This document shows positions 1-8,221 of a stretch of 12,464 nucleotides of DNA, piece after piece; position 1 is the first letter of the stretch; every line of letters begins with the position of its first letter. The position numbers and the translations under genes were made by a program. The notes under the pieces are model-generated. The model was not told the origin of the DNA. It was given only the letters and a program-made list of their open reading frames with translations, and made no database searches. The stretch is taken from assembly GCF_003086415.1 (NCBI RefSeq), contig NZ_QEFP02000008.1, forward strand, positions 1-12,464, written 5' to 3'. Origin of the DNA: Candidatus Nanobsidianus stetteri. GTDB taxonomy: Archaea > Nanobdellota > Nanobdellia > Nanobdellales > Nanobdellaceae.

Positions 1-84
1 AAAATCATAGTATAATAATTAATAAAAAGGATATATCAAAGGCAAGGGCTCAAATGAATTTAATATTTAGATTATTAAAGATAT

Positions 85-573
85 ATGATAATCTTAACAG
101 ATTCTTGTCCAGTTTGTAATTCAAAAAATATTGAAATAAAGACAATTGAATATGATTTTCCAGAGATAGGTAAGTCATTACTTTATACATTTAAATGTAA
201 TTCTTGCAATTATAAAACATTTGAAATAATACCATTAGAAGATAGAGGTTATATAAAAATAGAATATAAAATAGATAATAAAGAGAAAGCAAGAAAATTA
301 CTTTTAAAATCTCCTTATGCAAAAATAATATTAAAAGAAATTGAAGTTGAAATAACTCCTGGTATTGAATCAAAATTTGAAATTAGAGCAATAGATGATT
401 TCTTAATGAATATAAAAAACAATTTAGAAAGATTTAAAATATTATATTCCGATGATAAAGAAAAATATAACAAAATAATAGAAAAAATAAATTATATAGA
501 AGATGTGTTAAATAATAAAAAGGAATTAACTATAATAATAGAAGATGAAAAGGGATTATCAAAAATATATTAA
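85..573 (+). CDS. ZPR1-type C4 zinc-finger protein (archaeal ZPR1 homolog)
   Basis: The N-terminus has paired CxxC motifs (CPVC...CNSC) with the spacing and context of the ZPR1 zinc ribbon (..IEYDFPEIGKSLLYTFKC.SC.YK..E). A beta-rich domain of typical archaeal single-module ZPR1 size (162 aa) follows. The 3' end overlaps the convergent sepF by 4 nt. Confidence 0.65.
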   Translation: MIILTDSCPVCNSKNIEIKTIEYDFPEIGKSLLYTFKCNSCNYKTFEIIPLEDRGYIKIEYKIDNKEKARKLLLKSPYAKIILKEIEVEITPGIESKFEIRAIDDFLMNIKNNLERFKILYSDDKEKYNKIIEKINYIEDVLNNKKELTIIIEDEKGLSKIY

Positions 574-962
574 GGTTGCTGATCTTCTTGTTTTACTTCT
601 TCAACTGCAGACATTTGATGTCCTCTCCAGATTCTTACATACGGTGGTGTAGCAATAATCCAATCTTTACTTACGGCAGCTATATCTCCACCAATTGCAT
701 CTACAACAGATTTAATTCTAGATACAACTCTCTTTACTTCTACAAGATCTTTACCAGTATTTAATCCAGATATATCAACAAATACTATATAATTTCTTTC
801 TCTTAATGAATCTACAACTGCTTTAACTTCTGATGGATCCTTTATCCTAAATACTCTAACATAAATTTTTACCTCCTCAGCCTTCTGAGTGGGTATTACC
901 TCTACATACTGATCAGAAGTTTCCTTCTTTTTTGACTTAAATATGTTTCCTAAAGATACCAT
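570..962 (-). CDS. sepF: Cell division protein SepF-like (FtsZ-anchoring, DUF552-type)
   Basis: 130 aa. The core VRVFRIKDPSEVKAVVDSLRERNYIVFVDISGL...DLVEVKRVVSRIKSVVDAIGGDIAAVSKDWIIATPPYVRI matches the archaeal SepF pattern: a region preceding G-x-ivlvdl, then ..R.id.l......gGdi..i..d.li.tP..v.i. Confidence 0.7.
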   Translation of the reverse strand: MVSLGNIFKSKKKETSDQYVEVIPTQKAEEVKIYVRVFRIKDPSEVKAVVDSLRERNYIVFVDISGLNTGKDLVEVKRVVSRIKSVVDAIGGDIAAVSKDWIIATPPYVRIWRGHQMSAVEEVKQEDQQP

Positions 963-1031
963 ATAAATATATATTTCTCCATTATTTTTATGCCTTTGGT
1001 TAATATTTTTGATTATCTTTTATGATATTAT

Positions 1032-1388
1032 TTATTTAGACTGTAGATTGGATCTTTTTAATAAATCATTTAATTCTTTCGTTAAAGAATTTAACTTTTC
1101 TTTATATATATCGGACTGCTTTTTTAATTTTTCTGCTTCAACCTTTAATATTTCTTTATCCTCATTTAACTTATTTATCAATTCTTTTTTATCTTTTTCT
1201 ATTAATACATTTCCTATCATAAAATAAACTTTTTTACCATCTGGTAAATTTGATAATTCTTTTAATGCATTCTCTGTTTCAGCTAAGTCTTGTAAAACTT
1301 TTTGTCTTTTATTTTCTATTAATAAATATGCTTGTCTTAAATTTTCAAACTCTTCATACTTTGATGTTATTTCTTCCTCACTAACCAT
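1032..1388 (-). CDS. pfdB: Prefoldin beta subunit
   Basis: 118 aa coiled-coil protein with the central beta-hairpin motif ALKELSNLPDGKKVYFMIGNVLIEKDKKELINKL typical of archaeal prefoldin beta. Size and heptad-rich termini fit. Confidence 0.8.
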   Translation of the reverse strand: MVSEEEITSKYEEFENLRQAYLLIENKRQKVLQDLAETENALKELSNLPDGKKVYFMIGNVLIEKDKKELINKLNEDKEILKVEAEKLKKQSDIYKEKLNSLTKELNDLLKRSNLQSK

Positions 1389-1418
1389 TTTTATATATTA
1401 TAAAAATTCATTTAAAAA

Positions 1419-3131
1419 TTATTTGTGCATATATATTAAGTAATCTTTTTCTCTCTTAAAGAATCCATACCTTATTCCATGGATTACTTCCCCATCTTTT
1501 GTTAATTCTAATACATATTTTTCTGCAATTGCATTTATTATACCATCTTTTTCCCATACTTTTATATTAATCTTATATTCTTCAGGTACCCATTGAACAA
1601 TTTTTGCATTCAATTTTCTTGCATCTTCCATACTATCTGATAAATATTTAGCAACAATATAATCTTCCCTTTTATCTATTATTTCAATATTAAATCCTTC
1701 AAACAATCTTAAATATTTATTATTTATATCATTTATATCTATATAAAATATGTTAGATTTTATTATAAATTCCCTATATCCCAAATCTACTTCTGGATGA
1801 TTTTTAACTTTTATTATTTTATTTGATGGTAGATCATTTATTATAACTTTCACAGGATTTCTTATTATAAAAAATCTCTTAGCCTTTTTATCATATATTT
1901 CTCTATTATATGTGTATATTTTATTCCAATCAATAACTACATCTACAGGATTTGGCCCTATTTCTAAAATATATTTTCTTATTGCCTCTCTATCAATTCC
2001 CCTTCTTCTCAATCCTCTTAATGTTGGTAAAAATGGATCATCCCATCCAGATATTTTTCCTTCCTTTATTAATTTCCTTATTTCAGATTTATGCAATGGT
2101 AAATCTTTTACTAATAGAGCCCCATAATTTATTATTGTCGGAAATTCCCAACCAAAATATTCATAAATATATTTTTGTTTATATGAATTTACTTCATGTT
2201 CTTTCATTCTCAGAACATGTGTTATTCCCATTAAATGATCATCTATAGATACAGAAAAATTATATGTAGGCCATAACCAATATCTTTCTACATAATTTTT
2301 TCCATATTTTCTTAATAAATATGGATGTGGATTTTTATTTGGATCAACAATTCTAAATGCAATCCAATCTCTTACAGATGGATTTGGATGATTTAGATCT
2401 GTTTTAATTCTTATTACTGCTTTTTCTTCATCATAATATCCATTTAACATTTTTTCAAATTGTTCTAAATGCCATTCTGGTTCTTTCAATCTATATTCTG
2501 TAGGAATTCCTTCTGCCCTATATTTTGATATTATTTCTTTTGGAGAAAGATCAACATATGCAAATCCCTTTTCAATTAATTCTTTTATATATTTATAATA
2601 TATATCTAATCTTTCAGATTGTATATAAAATTCATCTACCTTATCATTTATTAACCATTCAACATCCTCTTTTATTGAATCATATACATCAGGATCTGGT
2701 TTTTTAACCTTTGGATCTGTATCCTCAATCCTTAATATAAATTTTCCTTTATACATTTTTGCATATTCATAATTCAATATAATTGCTCTTGCATGACCTA
2801 TATGTAAATATCCTGAAGGATTTGGGGCAAATCTTGTCTTAACTTTACCTTCTACTGCATTCTTTAATTCTGGTAATCCTTTTCTTTCCTCTTTTTTCTT
2901 TTCTTCTAATAATTCTGGATATTCTTTTAATAATATATTATAAGCTTCTTCTCTAGATATATTAGACAAATTATTTATTTCTTCTTTGACTTTTGGGATT
3001 ATTTCCTTTATGTTTTTCTTTAAATCAGGATTTTCATATACTATTTTTGATACAACAGAATTTAAATCCACATTTCCATACTTATATTTATTATATAATA
3101 CCCATTTTTTTATTAATTTATTTATATCCAT
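1419..3131 (-). CDS. gltX: Glutamyl-tRNA synthetase, archaeal/eukaryotic type
   Basis: 570 aa. It has the class I HIGH signature in RFAPNPSGYLHIGHARAIILNYEYAKMYKGKFILRIEDTDP, followed by WLWPTYNFSVSIDDHLMGITHVLR and an archaeal-type C-terminal anticodon-binding region. The start codon lies 1 nt after the spt4 stop. Confidence 0.95.
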   Translation of the reverse strand: MDINKLIKKWVLYNKYKYGNVDLNSVVSKIVYENPDLKKNIKEIIPKVKEEINNLSNISREEAYNILLKEYPELLEEKKKEERKGLPELKNAVEGKVKTRFAPNPSGYLHIGHARAIILNYEYAKMYKGKFILRIEDTDPKVKKPDPDVYDSIKEDVEWLINDKVDEFYIQSERLDIYYKYIKELIEKGFAYVDLSPKEIISKYRAEGIPTEYRLKEPEWHLEQFEKMLNGYYDEEKAVIRIKTDLNHPNPSVRDWIAFRIVDPNKNPHPYLLRKYGKNYVERYWLWPTYNFSVSIDDHLMGITHVLRMKEHEVNSYKQKYIYEYFGWEFPTIINYGALLVKDLPLHKSEIRKLIKEGKISGWDDPFLPTLRGLRRRGIDREAIRKYILEIGPNPVDVVIDWNKIYTYNREIYDKKAKRFFIIRNPVKVIINDLPSNKIIKVKNHPEVDLGYREFIIKSNIFYIDINDINNKYLRLFEGFNIEIIDKREDYIVAKYLSDSMEDARKLNAKIVQWVPEEYKINIKVWEKDGIINAIAEKYVLELTKDGEVIHGIRYGFFKREKDYLIYMHK

Positions 3132-3132
3132 C

Positions 3133-3336
3133 TTATAATACTCTTATTGCCCACTTACCCTCTTTTAAATTTAATTTTTTAGAGAATTCAGAATTTTCTT
3201 GATTTACAATTATAATAAATCCAGAATAATCTTCAGATAAATCTGTAGAACCACAATATGGACATCTATCTACATCTTTATCAATTATTGCCTTACAGTT
3301 TCTACATACTTTTCTTTTTGGTTTTCTATATGCCAT
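3133..3336 (-). CDS. spt4: Transcription elongation factor Spt4 (RpoE'')
   Basis: 67 aa. It has a zinc ribbon (CRNC...CPYCGS) followed by S.DYSGFIIIVNQENSEFSKKLNLKEGKWAIRV, the archaeal Spt4 pattern. Its start shares 1 nt with the rpo7 stop, which is the conserved rpoE'-spt4 pairing. Confidence 0.85.
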   Translation of the reverse strand: MAYRKPKRKVCRNCKAIIDKDVDRCPYCGSTDLSEDYSGFIIIVNQENSEFSKKLNLKEGKWAIRVL

Positions 3337-3881
3337 TATTTACCAGATTTTTTCTTTTGTTCAAGCCATTCCAATTTTCCCAATCCTGGTTGTTTCATTG
3401 TCATTGCAATCCTTACATTAGATACACCTTTATAACTTACTGTAACTATTCTTGCCTTTACCATATCATTTACCTTCAATACTTTTCTACTATTCTTTCC
3501 AATTAAAGCTTCTCTTCCAGAAACTGATACCTCGTCATCCATTATTTGAGAAATATGAACCAATGCATCTATGGGTCCTATATTTATAAATGCTCCAAAT
3601 TCTGTTATAGATGATACAAATCCATATGTTAGTTCAGAAATATTTGGAAAATACGAAATTGCAGTAAATTTTACCTTATAATATACTCCTCCATCTTCAA
3701 AAACCATTATACCTTCAGATATTTCATCTATGGATTTTATTGTTACAATTATCCCATATTCTTTTCCACCCATTCCAACATAATTATTTAATAGTATCTT
3801 TTCTATCATTTCATTTACATTATCTGTTATTTCATTTGGTGGTACTCTTACTACATCATATATTTGAACTTCATAAAACAT
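3336..3881 (-). CDS. rpo7: DNA-directed RNA polymerase subunit Rpo7 (RpoE')
   Basis: 181 aa. The N-terminal MFYEVQIYDVVRVPPNE... is followed by an S1 domain (FGAFINIGPIDALVHISQIMDDEV...VKARIVTVS...RIAMTMKQPGLGKLEW), matching archaeal subunit E'/Rpb7. Confidence 0.9.
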   Translation of the reverse strand: MFYEVQIYDVVRVPPNEITDNVNEMIEKILLNNYVGMGGKEYGIIVTIKSIDEISEGIMVFEDGGVYYKVKFTAISYFPNISELTYGFVSSITEFGAFINIGPIDALVHISQIMDDEVSVSGREALIGKNSRKVLKVNDMVKARIVTVSYKGVSNVRIAMTMKQPGLGKLEWLEQKKKSGK

Positions 3882-3949
3882 TATTAGAATGATTTTATAA
3901 ATTTTTATAAATCTTTGTAATTTTTATTTTTTTGCAATAAAAAAATATT

Positions 3950-5341
3950 ATGAGTATAATGTTAAATAATTTAATTAAATTCTATCAAAATAATAGAGAG
4001 ATTTTAGAGGATATGGTAAAAATTTCTCAGAATAGAGAGGTTGGATATCTATTATCAAATAATAATTTTGGACATAGACCATCAAAAATAGAAACAGAAG
4101 ATGATATAATAAATTATATTAAAAAAGGTGCCATTTCATTTCATATATCGATTGAGAGATGGATTGATATAAATATTTTGAGTGAAAAAGTTTCAAAAAA
4201 GGATTTGAATGAATATAGATTGGGATGGGATTTTATAATAGATATAGATGCAAAATCTTTAGATCTATCAAAAGTTACTGCAAGAATTATTGTTGATTAT
4301 TTAAAAGAAAAAAATATTAATCCAATATATATTAAATATTCTGGGGGAAAAGGTTTTCATATAGCAATTCCATGGGAAATATTTCCAGAAACAATAAATA
4401 TATATAAAAAAGATAATCTTATAGAAGAAGAGACAAGAAAATTATTCCCAGATCTTGCAAGAATATTAGCATTATATATATCAAAAGAAATAGAAGAGAA
4501 ATTAAAGAAAATAATATTATTAAAATTTAGTGAAGAGGAATTAAAAAATTATGGAGTAAATGATATAGAAAGATTTAATCCATATGATATAATTGAAATA
4601 GATACAATATTAATATCATCGAGACATTTAATTAGATGTTTATATTCAATAAATGAAAAAACTGGAAATTTATCTATACCAATAAAGGAAAATTATATAG
4701 AAAAATTAAATCCTGAAGATTCTAATATAAATAATTATTCATATGAAGGTATACCATATTTAACTGAAGATTTAGAAAGAAAAGAATCTAAAGAATTAAA
4801 AGATCTAATTAAAGATTCATTATTATGGAAAATAAAAAATGAAGTTGAAGTAATAAAATTTAGCAGATTAGCTGAAAATTATAAAAATCAGGAAGGAATT
4901 GAAGAAACAAAAAGAGATGTAGAAGAAATAAAGAAAAGAAAGATAGAAATAAATGAAGATTTATTTCCTCCATGTATAAAAAATATATTAAATAATAAAG
5001 AAATGGATGATGGAAGGAAAAGATCATTATTTATATTAATAAATTTCTTTGCAAATATTGGATGGGATTGGGATAAAATTGAAAGATATATAAAAGAATG
5101 GAATGAAAGTTTACAGGATCCCTTAAAGGATAGATACATAGAATATCAATTAGAATGGCATAAGAAATTATATAAAAATAATAAAAAATATTTAACTCCG
5201 AATTGCAATAATGAAATATATTATAAGGATATTGGAATATGTACTCCAGATAATATTTGCTCATTAATTAAAAATCCTTTATCATATCCAATTAAAAAAA
5301 TTAAAAGTACAAAATCTTCTCAGGATTCTCAAAATAATTAA
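3950..5341 (+). CDS. priS: DNA primase, single-chain fusion of the PriS catalytic (AEP) domain and a PriL C-terminal Fe-S domain
   Basis: AEP motif I is WDFIIDIDA (aa 93-101). Motif II is SGGKGFHIAIPW (aa 131-142). Motif III is IDTILISSRHLIRCLYSINEKTGNLSIPI (aa 217-245). The C-terminal third carries the PriL-CTD hallmark FPPCIKNIL...GRKRSLFILINFFANIGW and four Cys (aa 342, 419, 431, 437) suited to a 4Fe-4S cluster. Confidence 0.85.
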   Translation: MSIMLNNLIKFYQNNREILEDMVKISQNREVGYLLSNNNFGHRPSKIETEDDIINYIKKGAISFHISIERWIDINILSEKVSKKDLNEYRLGWDFIIDIDAKSLDLSKVTARIIVDYLKEKNINPIYIKYSGGKGFHIAIPWEIFPETINIYKKDNLIEEETRKLFPDLARILALYISKEIEEKLKKIILLKFSEEELKNYGVNDIERFNPYDIIEIDTILISSRHLIRCLYSINEKTGNLSIPIKENYIEKLNPEDSNINNYSYEGIPYLTEDLERKESKELKDLIKDSLLWKIKNEVEVIKFSRLAENYKNQEGIEETKRDVEEIKKRKIEINEDLFPPCIKNILNNKEMDDGRKRSLFILINFFANIGWDWDKIERYIKEWNESLQDPLKDRYIEYQLEWHKKLYKNNKKYLTPNCNNEIYYKDIGICTPDNICSLIKNPLSYPIKKIKSTKSSQDSQNN

Positions 5342-5687
5342 TATAAAACTTTATTTCATCAATACGCTTTCTTAAATCTTCAACTTCTCTTACTTTAAAA
5401 TATTTAAAGAATCTTCTCCTTTCAATATCATTTATAATTATTCCATCAGATTCTAGTAAATTTCTTACATATTTATATAAAATCCTTCCCTTATTATCAT
5501 TATCTGTTAATATAATTGCTTCTCTATAATTTAGAAATACACTCTCATCCTTTCTTAATTCATATATTGTATATACATTATTAAATCCAAATTCTCTTAA
5601 TACTTCCTTATCTCTCTTACCTTCTACAACTATAAGTGAATCCTTTTTCTCCCTTAGCCTATGTAAAAAAGATATTATCTTATACAT
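5301..5687 (-). CDS. Small Toprim-domain protein (RNase M5 / DnaG-like Toprim fold)
   Basis: 128 aa. The conserved Toprim glutamate is in LIVVEGKRDKEVL and the DxD motif is in AIILTDNDNKGR, with typical spacing. The last 41 nt overlap the 3' end of the convergent primase gene. Confidence 0.7.
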   Translation of the reverse strand: MYKIISFLHRLREKKDSLIVVEGKRDKEVLREFGFNNVYTIYELRKDESVFLNYREAIILTDNDNKGRILYKYVRNLLESDGIIINDIERRRFFKYFKVREVEDLRKRIDEIKFYINYFENPEKILYF

Positions 5688-5731
5688 TATAAAAAGTTTA
5701 ACTTTTAATTATTAAAGTTTTTTTATTTATT

Positions 5732-6217
5732 ATGCCACCAAAGGAGAGGGTTGTTGATGGTAAAACATTCTCATATACTGGACTAATTGACTTTCAAAAC
5801 TTCTATAAATCGATGAAAGAATTTTGGGATAATAAAGGATTTGACTTTTTTGAAAATAAACATGAAGAAAAAGTAAAAGATGATGGATCTAGATCTATAA
5901 GTTTAGAATGGCATACAGAAAAGAAGATAACAGATTATGTAACATATAGTTATGATATAAGTATTTCAATAGATACATTAAAATTATTAGATAATATGAA
6001 ACAGTATGCAGAAAATCTAAATATAAAAATAAATGGGGATTTAATAACTGATTACCAAAAATATTTTGGGGACAAACCATTCAATATATTTCTTAGAGGG
6101 TTATTTGAAAAGTATTTATATGATAGCGAATTAAAGGATCATAAAAAAAATATTGGAAAAATTGCAGATGATTTTTTAAATTTAGCAAAAGATTTTACAG
6201 CATCATTTAAACTATGA
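5732..6217 (+). CDS. Hypothetical protein (161 aa), first of an overlapping pair
   Basis: Long ORF with a codon and amino-acid profile like its neighbours and no competing ORF. Its stop overlaps the start of the next gene (ATGA at 6214-6217). No family was recognised by eye. Confidence 0.55.
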   Translation: MPPKERVVDGKTFSYTGLIDFQNFYKSMKEFWDNKGFDFFENKHEEKVKDDGSRSISLEWHTEKKITDYVTYSYDISISIDTLKLLDNMKQYAENLNIKINGDLITDYQKYFGDKPFNIFLRGLFEKYLYDSELKDHKKNIGKIADDFLNLAKDFTASFKL

Positions 6218-6756
6218 CCTGGGAAGCAATATATAAAACAAGAGTAAAATCAAAAATAAAATTTATTCCACAGGACTTTTATGAAAAATTCAAAAAATTC
6301 CTTGAAATTAATAAATGGGAGGGGATATTTAAAAAAGATAGATATGAAAAATATTACTTTCATAGATTAACTCCGGAAGGTTTATTATTTGTAGAAGCTA
6401 AATGGGAAGCTTATAAAAATTATTGGAAAGAAGAACCAAAGATTGATTGGAAAATTGAATTAACAATACTTATTAATGCTTATAATATAAATACATCTGT
6501 TGGTGATTTAGATATAAGTATAGAAAGCTCACATAATGTAGAAGAATTTAAAGATTTTGATGTAAGTAAAGCTAGTACAACCGAAAAAATATTATTACGT
6601 TTCGGGTTTTCAAAAGTATTAGGTTCTTTAAAATCTAATCTAGAAAAAGTTAGAGGAAAAAATAAATTAATAGATATGTCTGGAAGAGATTTATATAATG
6701 ATTCTGAAAAGATAAAAAATTTTATACTAGATTATTTCAAATTATATAAATATTAA
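6214..6756 (+). CDS. Hypothetical protein (180 aa), second of an overlapping pair and a possible distant paralog of the upstream gene
   Basis: ATGA overlap with the upstream ORF. It shares an N-terminal motif with that ORF (PQDFYEKFKKF here, FQNFYKSMKEF upstream) and a similar downstream layout (..EK.., a W-containing strand, I-x-I/L-x-I strand). No family was recognised. Confidence 0.55.
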   Translation: MTWEAIYKTRVKSKIKFIPQDFYEKFKKFLEINKWEGIFKKDRYEKYYFHRLTPEGLLFVEAKWEAYKNYWKEEPKIDWKIELTILINAYNINTSVGDLDISIESSHNVEEFKDFDVSKASTTEKILLRFGFSKVLGSLKSNLEKVRGKNKLIDMSGRDLYNDSEKIKNFILDYFKLYKY

Positions 6757-7126
6757 ATATTAAAAATTTCAATATTTAGTTCTTTTGCCCTATTTATTAT
6801 TTGTTCTCTTTTTCTTTTTCCAACATTAGAAGCAATTATTGCACATTCTTTTTCTTTATCTATTTTTTCCAATTCTTCTACATTATGTACTAATACAGGT
6901 TTCTTACCATTTGGCAATAATCCCTTTACTTCTCTAGGAGAACCATATCCAACCTCTACCATAGAAACCCTGCTTTTCAATTTCCTTCTTATTTTGTTAT
7001 GTATACCCTTGGTCTTCTCCAAGATTCTTTTTTATTTCTTAATTTTATTACTTTCCACCACTGAAATCTAAAATAATCTGGTTTTTTCCTCTTAATTATT
7101 TTTCTTAATTTTAATAACTTATTCAT
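6753..7126 (-). pseudogene. rpl32e: Ribosomal protein L32e (eL32), reading frame interrupted by a 1-nt frame change
   Basis: The C-terminal part (6753..7022, TTG-initiated in the ORF track) reads KGIHNKIRRKLKSRVSMVEVGYGSPREVKGLLPNGKKPVLVHNVEELEKI...ASNVGKRKREQIINRAKELNIEIFN, which is eL32. The N-terminal part is in another frame (7126..6989): MNKLLKLRKIIKRKKPDYFRFQWWKVIKLRNKKESWRRPRVYITK*. Its ATG overlaps the L6 stop (TGATG). The two frames meet inside the conserved W-R-(K/R)-P-(K/R)-G-I motif. Confidence 0.8.
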
Positions 7127-7659
7127 CATGGTTTTTGGATAATATAAATTCCATCTTGAAACTTTCTTAAATCCTTTTCCTTTGGTTTTACTGAATTTTC
7201 TATCAATCCTGCCAAGTTTCCTAATACTTCTATATCATACCCTTCTAATGTGATTTCATTTTCCTTCAATGTAGCTTTTACTCCTTCAGGTATTTCTATT
7301 TCTTTTATATCCCTTCCACCCATGTAATTTTCAATTATTAATTTATTATTTTGTAATTTTAATTTTAATGGGAAGTGTATTGAAACACCCTTTAATTTAT
7401 ATACAAAACCTTTTGTTACACCTTCAATATCATTTTTTATATGTGCAACCATTGTATTCATATCCCTAATTATTTTCTTTGATGGAAAATATGCCTTAAA
7501 TATTATTTTATTTTCCCTTATTTCAATAATAATATTTCTATTGTTTATATTTCTATATTTTTCTCCCTTTGGTCCCTTTATATATATTTTTCCATCTTCT
7601 ATTGATACATTTACACCATTTGGTATTTCTACATAATCTATCATGATTGGAAGTCTCAT
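7126..7659 (-). CDS. rpl6: Ribosomal protein L6 (uL6)
   Basis: 177 aa with the two-repeat uL6 pattern: IPNGVNVSIEDGKIYIKGPKGEK... and ..IPEGVKATLKENEITLEGYDIEVLGNLAGLIE. An alternative start at M6 (7644) is possible. Confidence 0.95.
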   Translation of the reverse strand: MRLPIMIDYVEIPNGVNVSIEDGKIYIKGPKGEKYRNINNRNIIIEIRENKIIFKAYFPSKKIIRDMNTMVAHIKNDIEGVTKGFVYKLKGVSIHFPLKLKLQNNKLIIENYMGGRDIKEIEIPEGVKATLKENEITLEGYDIEVLGNLAGLIENSVKPKEKDLRKFQDGIYIIQKP

Positions 7660-7690
7660 TTTATCTTTATATTATAAAAAATATTAAAAA

Positions 7691-8221
7691 TTATTCTTTT
7701 ACAATATTTACACCAAAATTATTTTTTAAATATTCTATAACTTCTTCTTTTGTAGTTCTGTGTCTTTCGGGTATCTTTGATCTTTTAATTCTTCTATACA
7801 TTACTCTATATCCAGGTCTCCTAACGGTTACTATAACATCCATACCATATATACCAATTGATGGATCATATTTCATACCTGGTATCCATACATATTCTTT
7901 TATTCCAAATCCAAAGTTTCCATATTTATCAAATTGTGATTCCTTTAATGTATTATTTACTGCTTTTAATAACCATTTCAATACTTCTTCAGCTTTCTTA
8001 CCTCTTATTGTTAATTTAACCCCAATTTCCAATCCTGGTCTAATTCCCCATGCTTGTACCCTTTTCTTTGCCTTTGTTCTAACAGGTTTAAGATCTGGAA
8101 ACATCTTTTTTAATAATTTTTCCGCCTTTTCCAAAGGTTCACCAGGTTTACCTACTCCAATATTTATTGTTACTTTATCAATAATAATTCTTCTCATTAT
8201 ATTATTTTTGTTTGAGTTCAT
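7691..8221 (-). CDS. rpl5: Ribosomal protein L5 (uL5)
   Basis: 176 aa. IDKVTINIGVGKPGEPLEKAEKLL...KPVRTKAKKRVQAWGIRPGLEIGVKLTIRGKKAEEVL...GNFGFGIKEYVWIPGMKYDPSIGIYGMDV is typical archaeal uL5. The start overlaps the S4e stop by 4 nt. Confidence 0.95.
   Translation of the reverse strand: MNSNKNNIMRRIIIDKVTINIGVGKPGEPLEKAEKLLKKMFPDLKPVRTKAKKRVQAWGIRPGLEIGVKLTIRGKKAEEVLKWLLKAVNNTLKESQFDKYGNFGFGIKEYVWIPGMKYDPSIGIYGMDVIVTVRRPGYRVMYRRIKRSKIPERHRTTKEEVIEYLKNNFGVNIVKE

Noticed and set aside
3882-3949. Divergent promoter calls (TATA-like TTTATAAATTTTTATAAAT, and a T7-GCAAT-A7 imperfect palindrome) between rpo7 and the primase, and similarly 5688-5731 and 963-1031
   Set aside because: Promoters almost certainly lie in these spacers. 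In a genome this AT-rich, however, TATA-like strings occur everywhere, so specific BRE/TATA coordinates cannot be supported from sequence alone.
191-6080. Short antisense or overlapping ORFs from the track (191..373 -, 576..764 +, 1009..1227 +, 1912..2248 +, 2525..2707 +, 2993..3202 +, 3258..3506 +, 4888..5264 -, 5895..6080 -, and also 11191..11376 +)
   Set aside because: Each lies inside, and antisense to or out of frame with, a confidently identified gene. The translations are low-complexity I/L/F/Y/N strings with no recognisable motifs. They are shadow ORFs typical of an AT-rich genome with few stop codons on the antisense strand.
7000-7020. Programmed -1 ribosomal frameshift as the explanation for the L32e frame change
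   Set aside because: The junction (AGA CCA AGG GTA) is not an X XXY YYZ slippery heptamer. No obvious downstream stem-loop or pseudoknot was seen in the AT-rich sequence. A 1-nt indel, either a sequencing error or a genuine mutation, is the simpler explanation.
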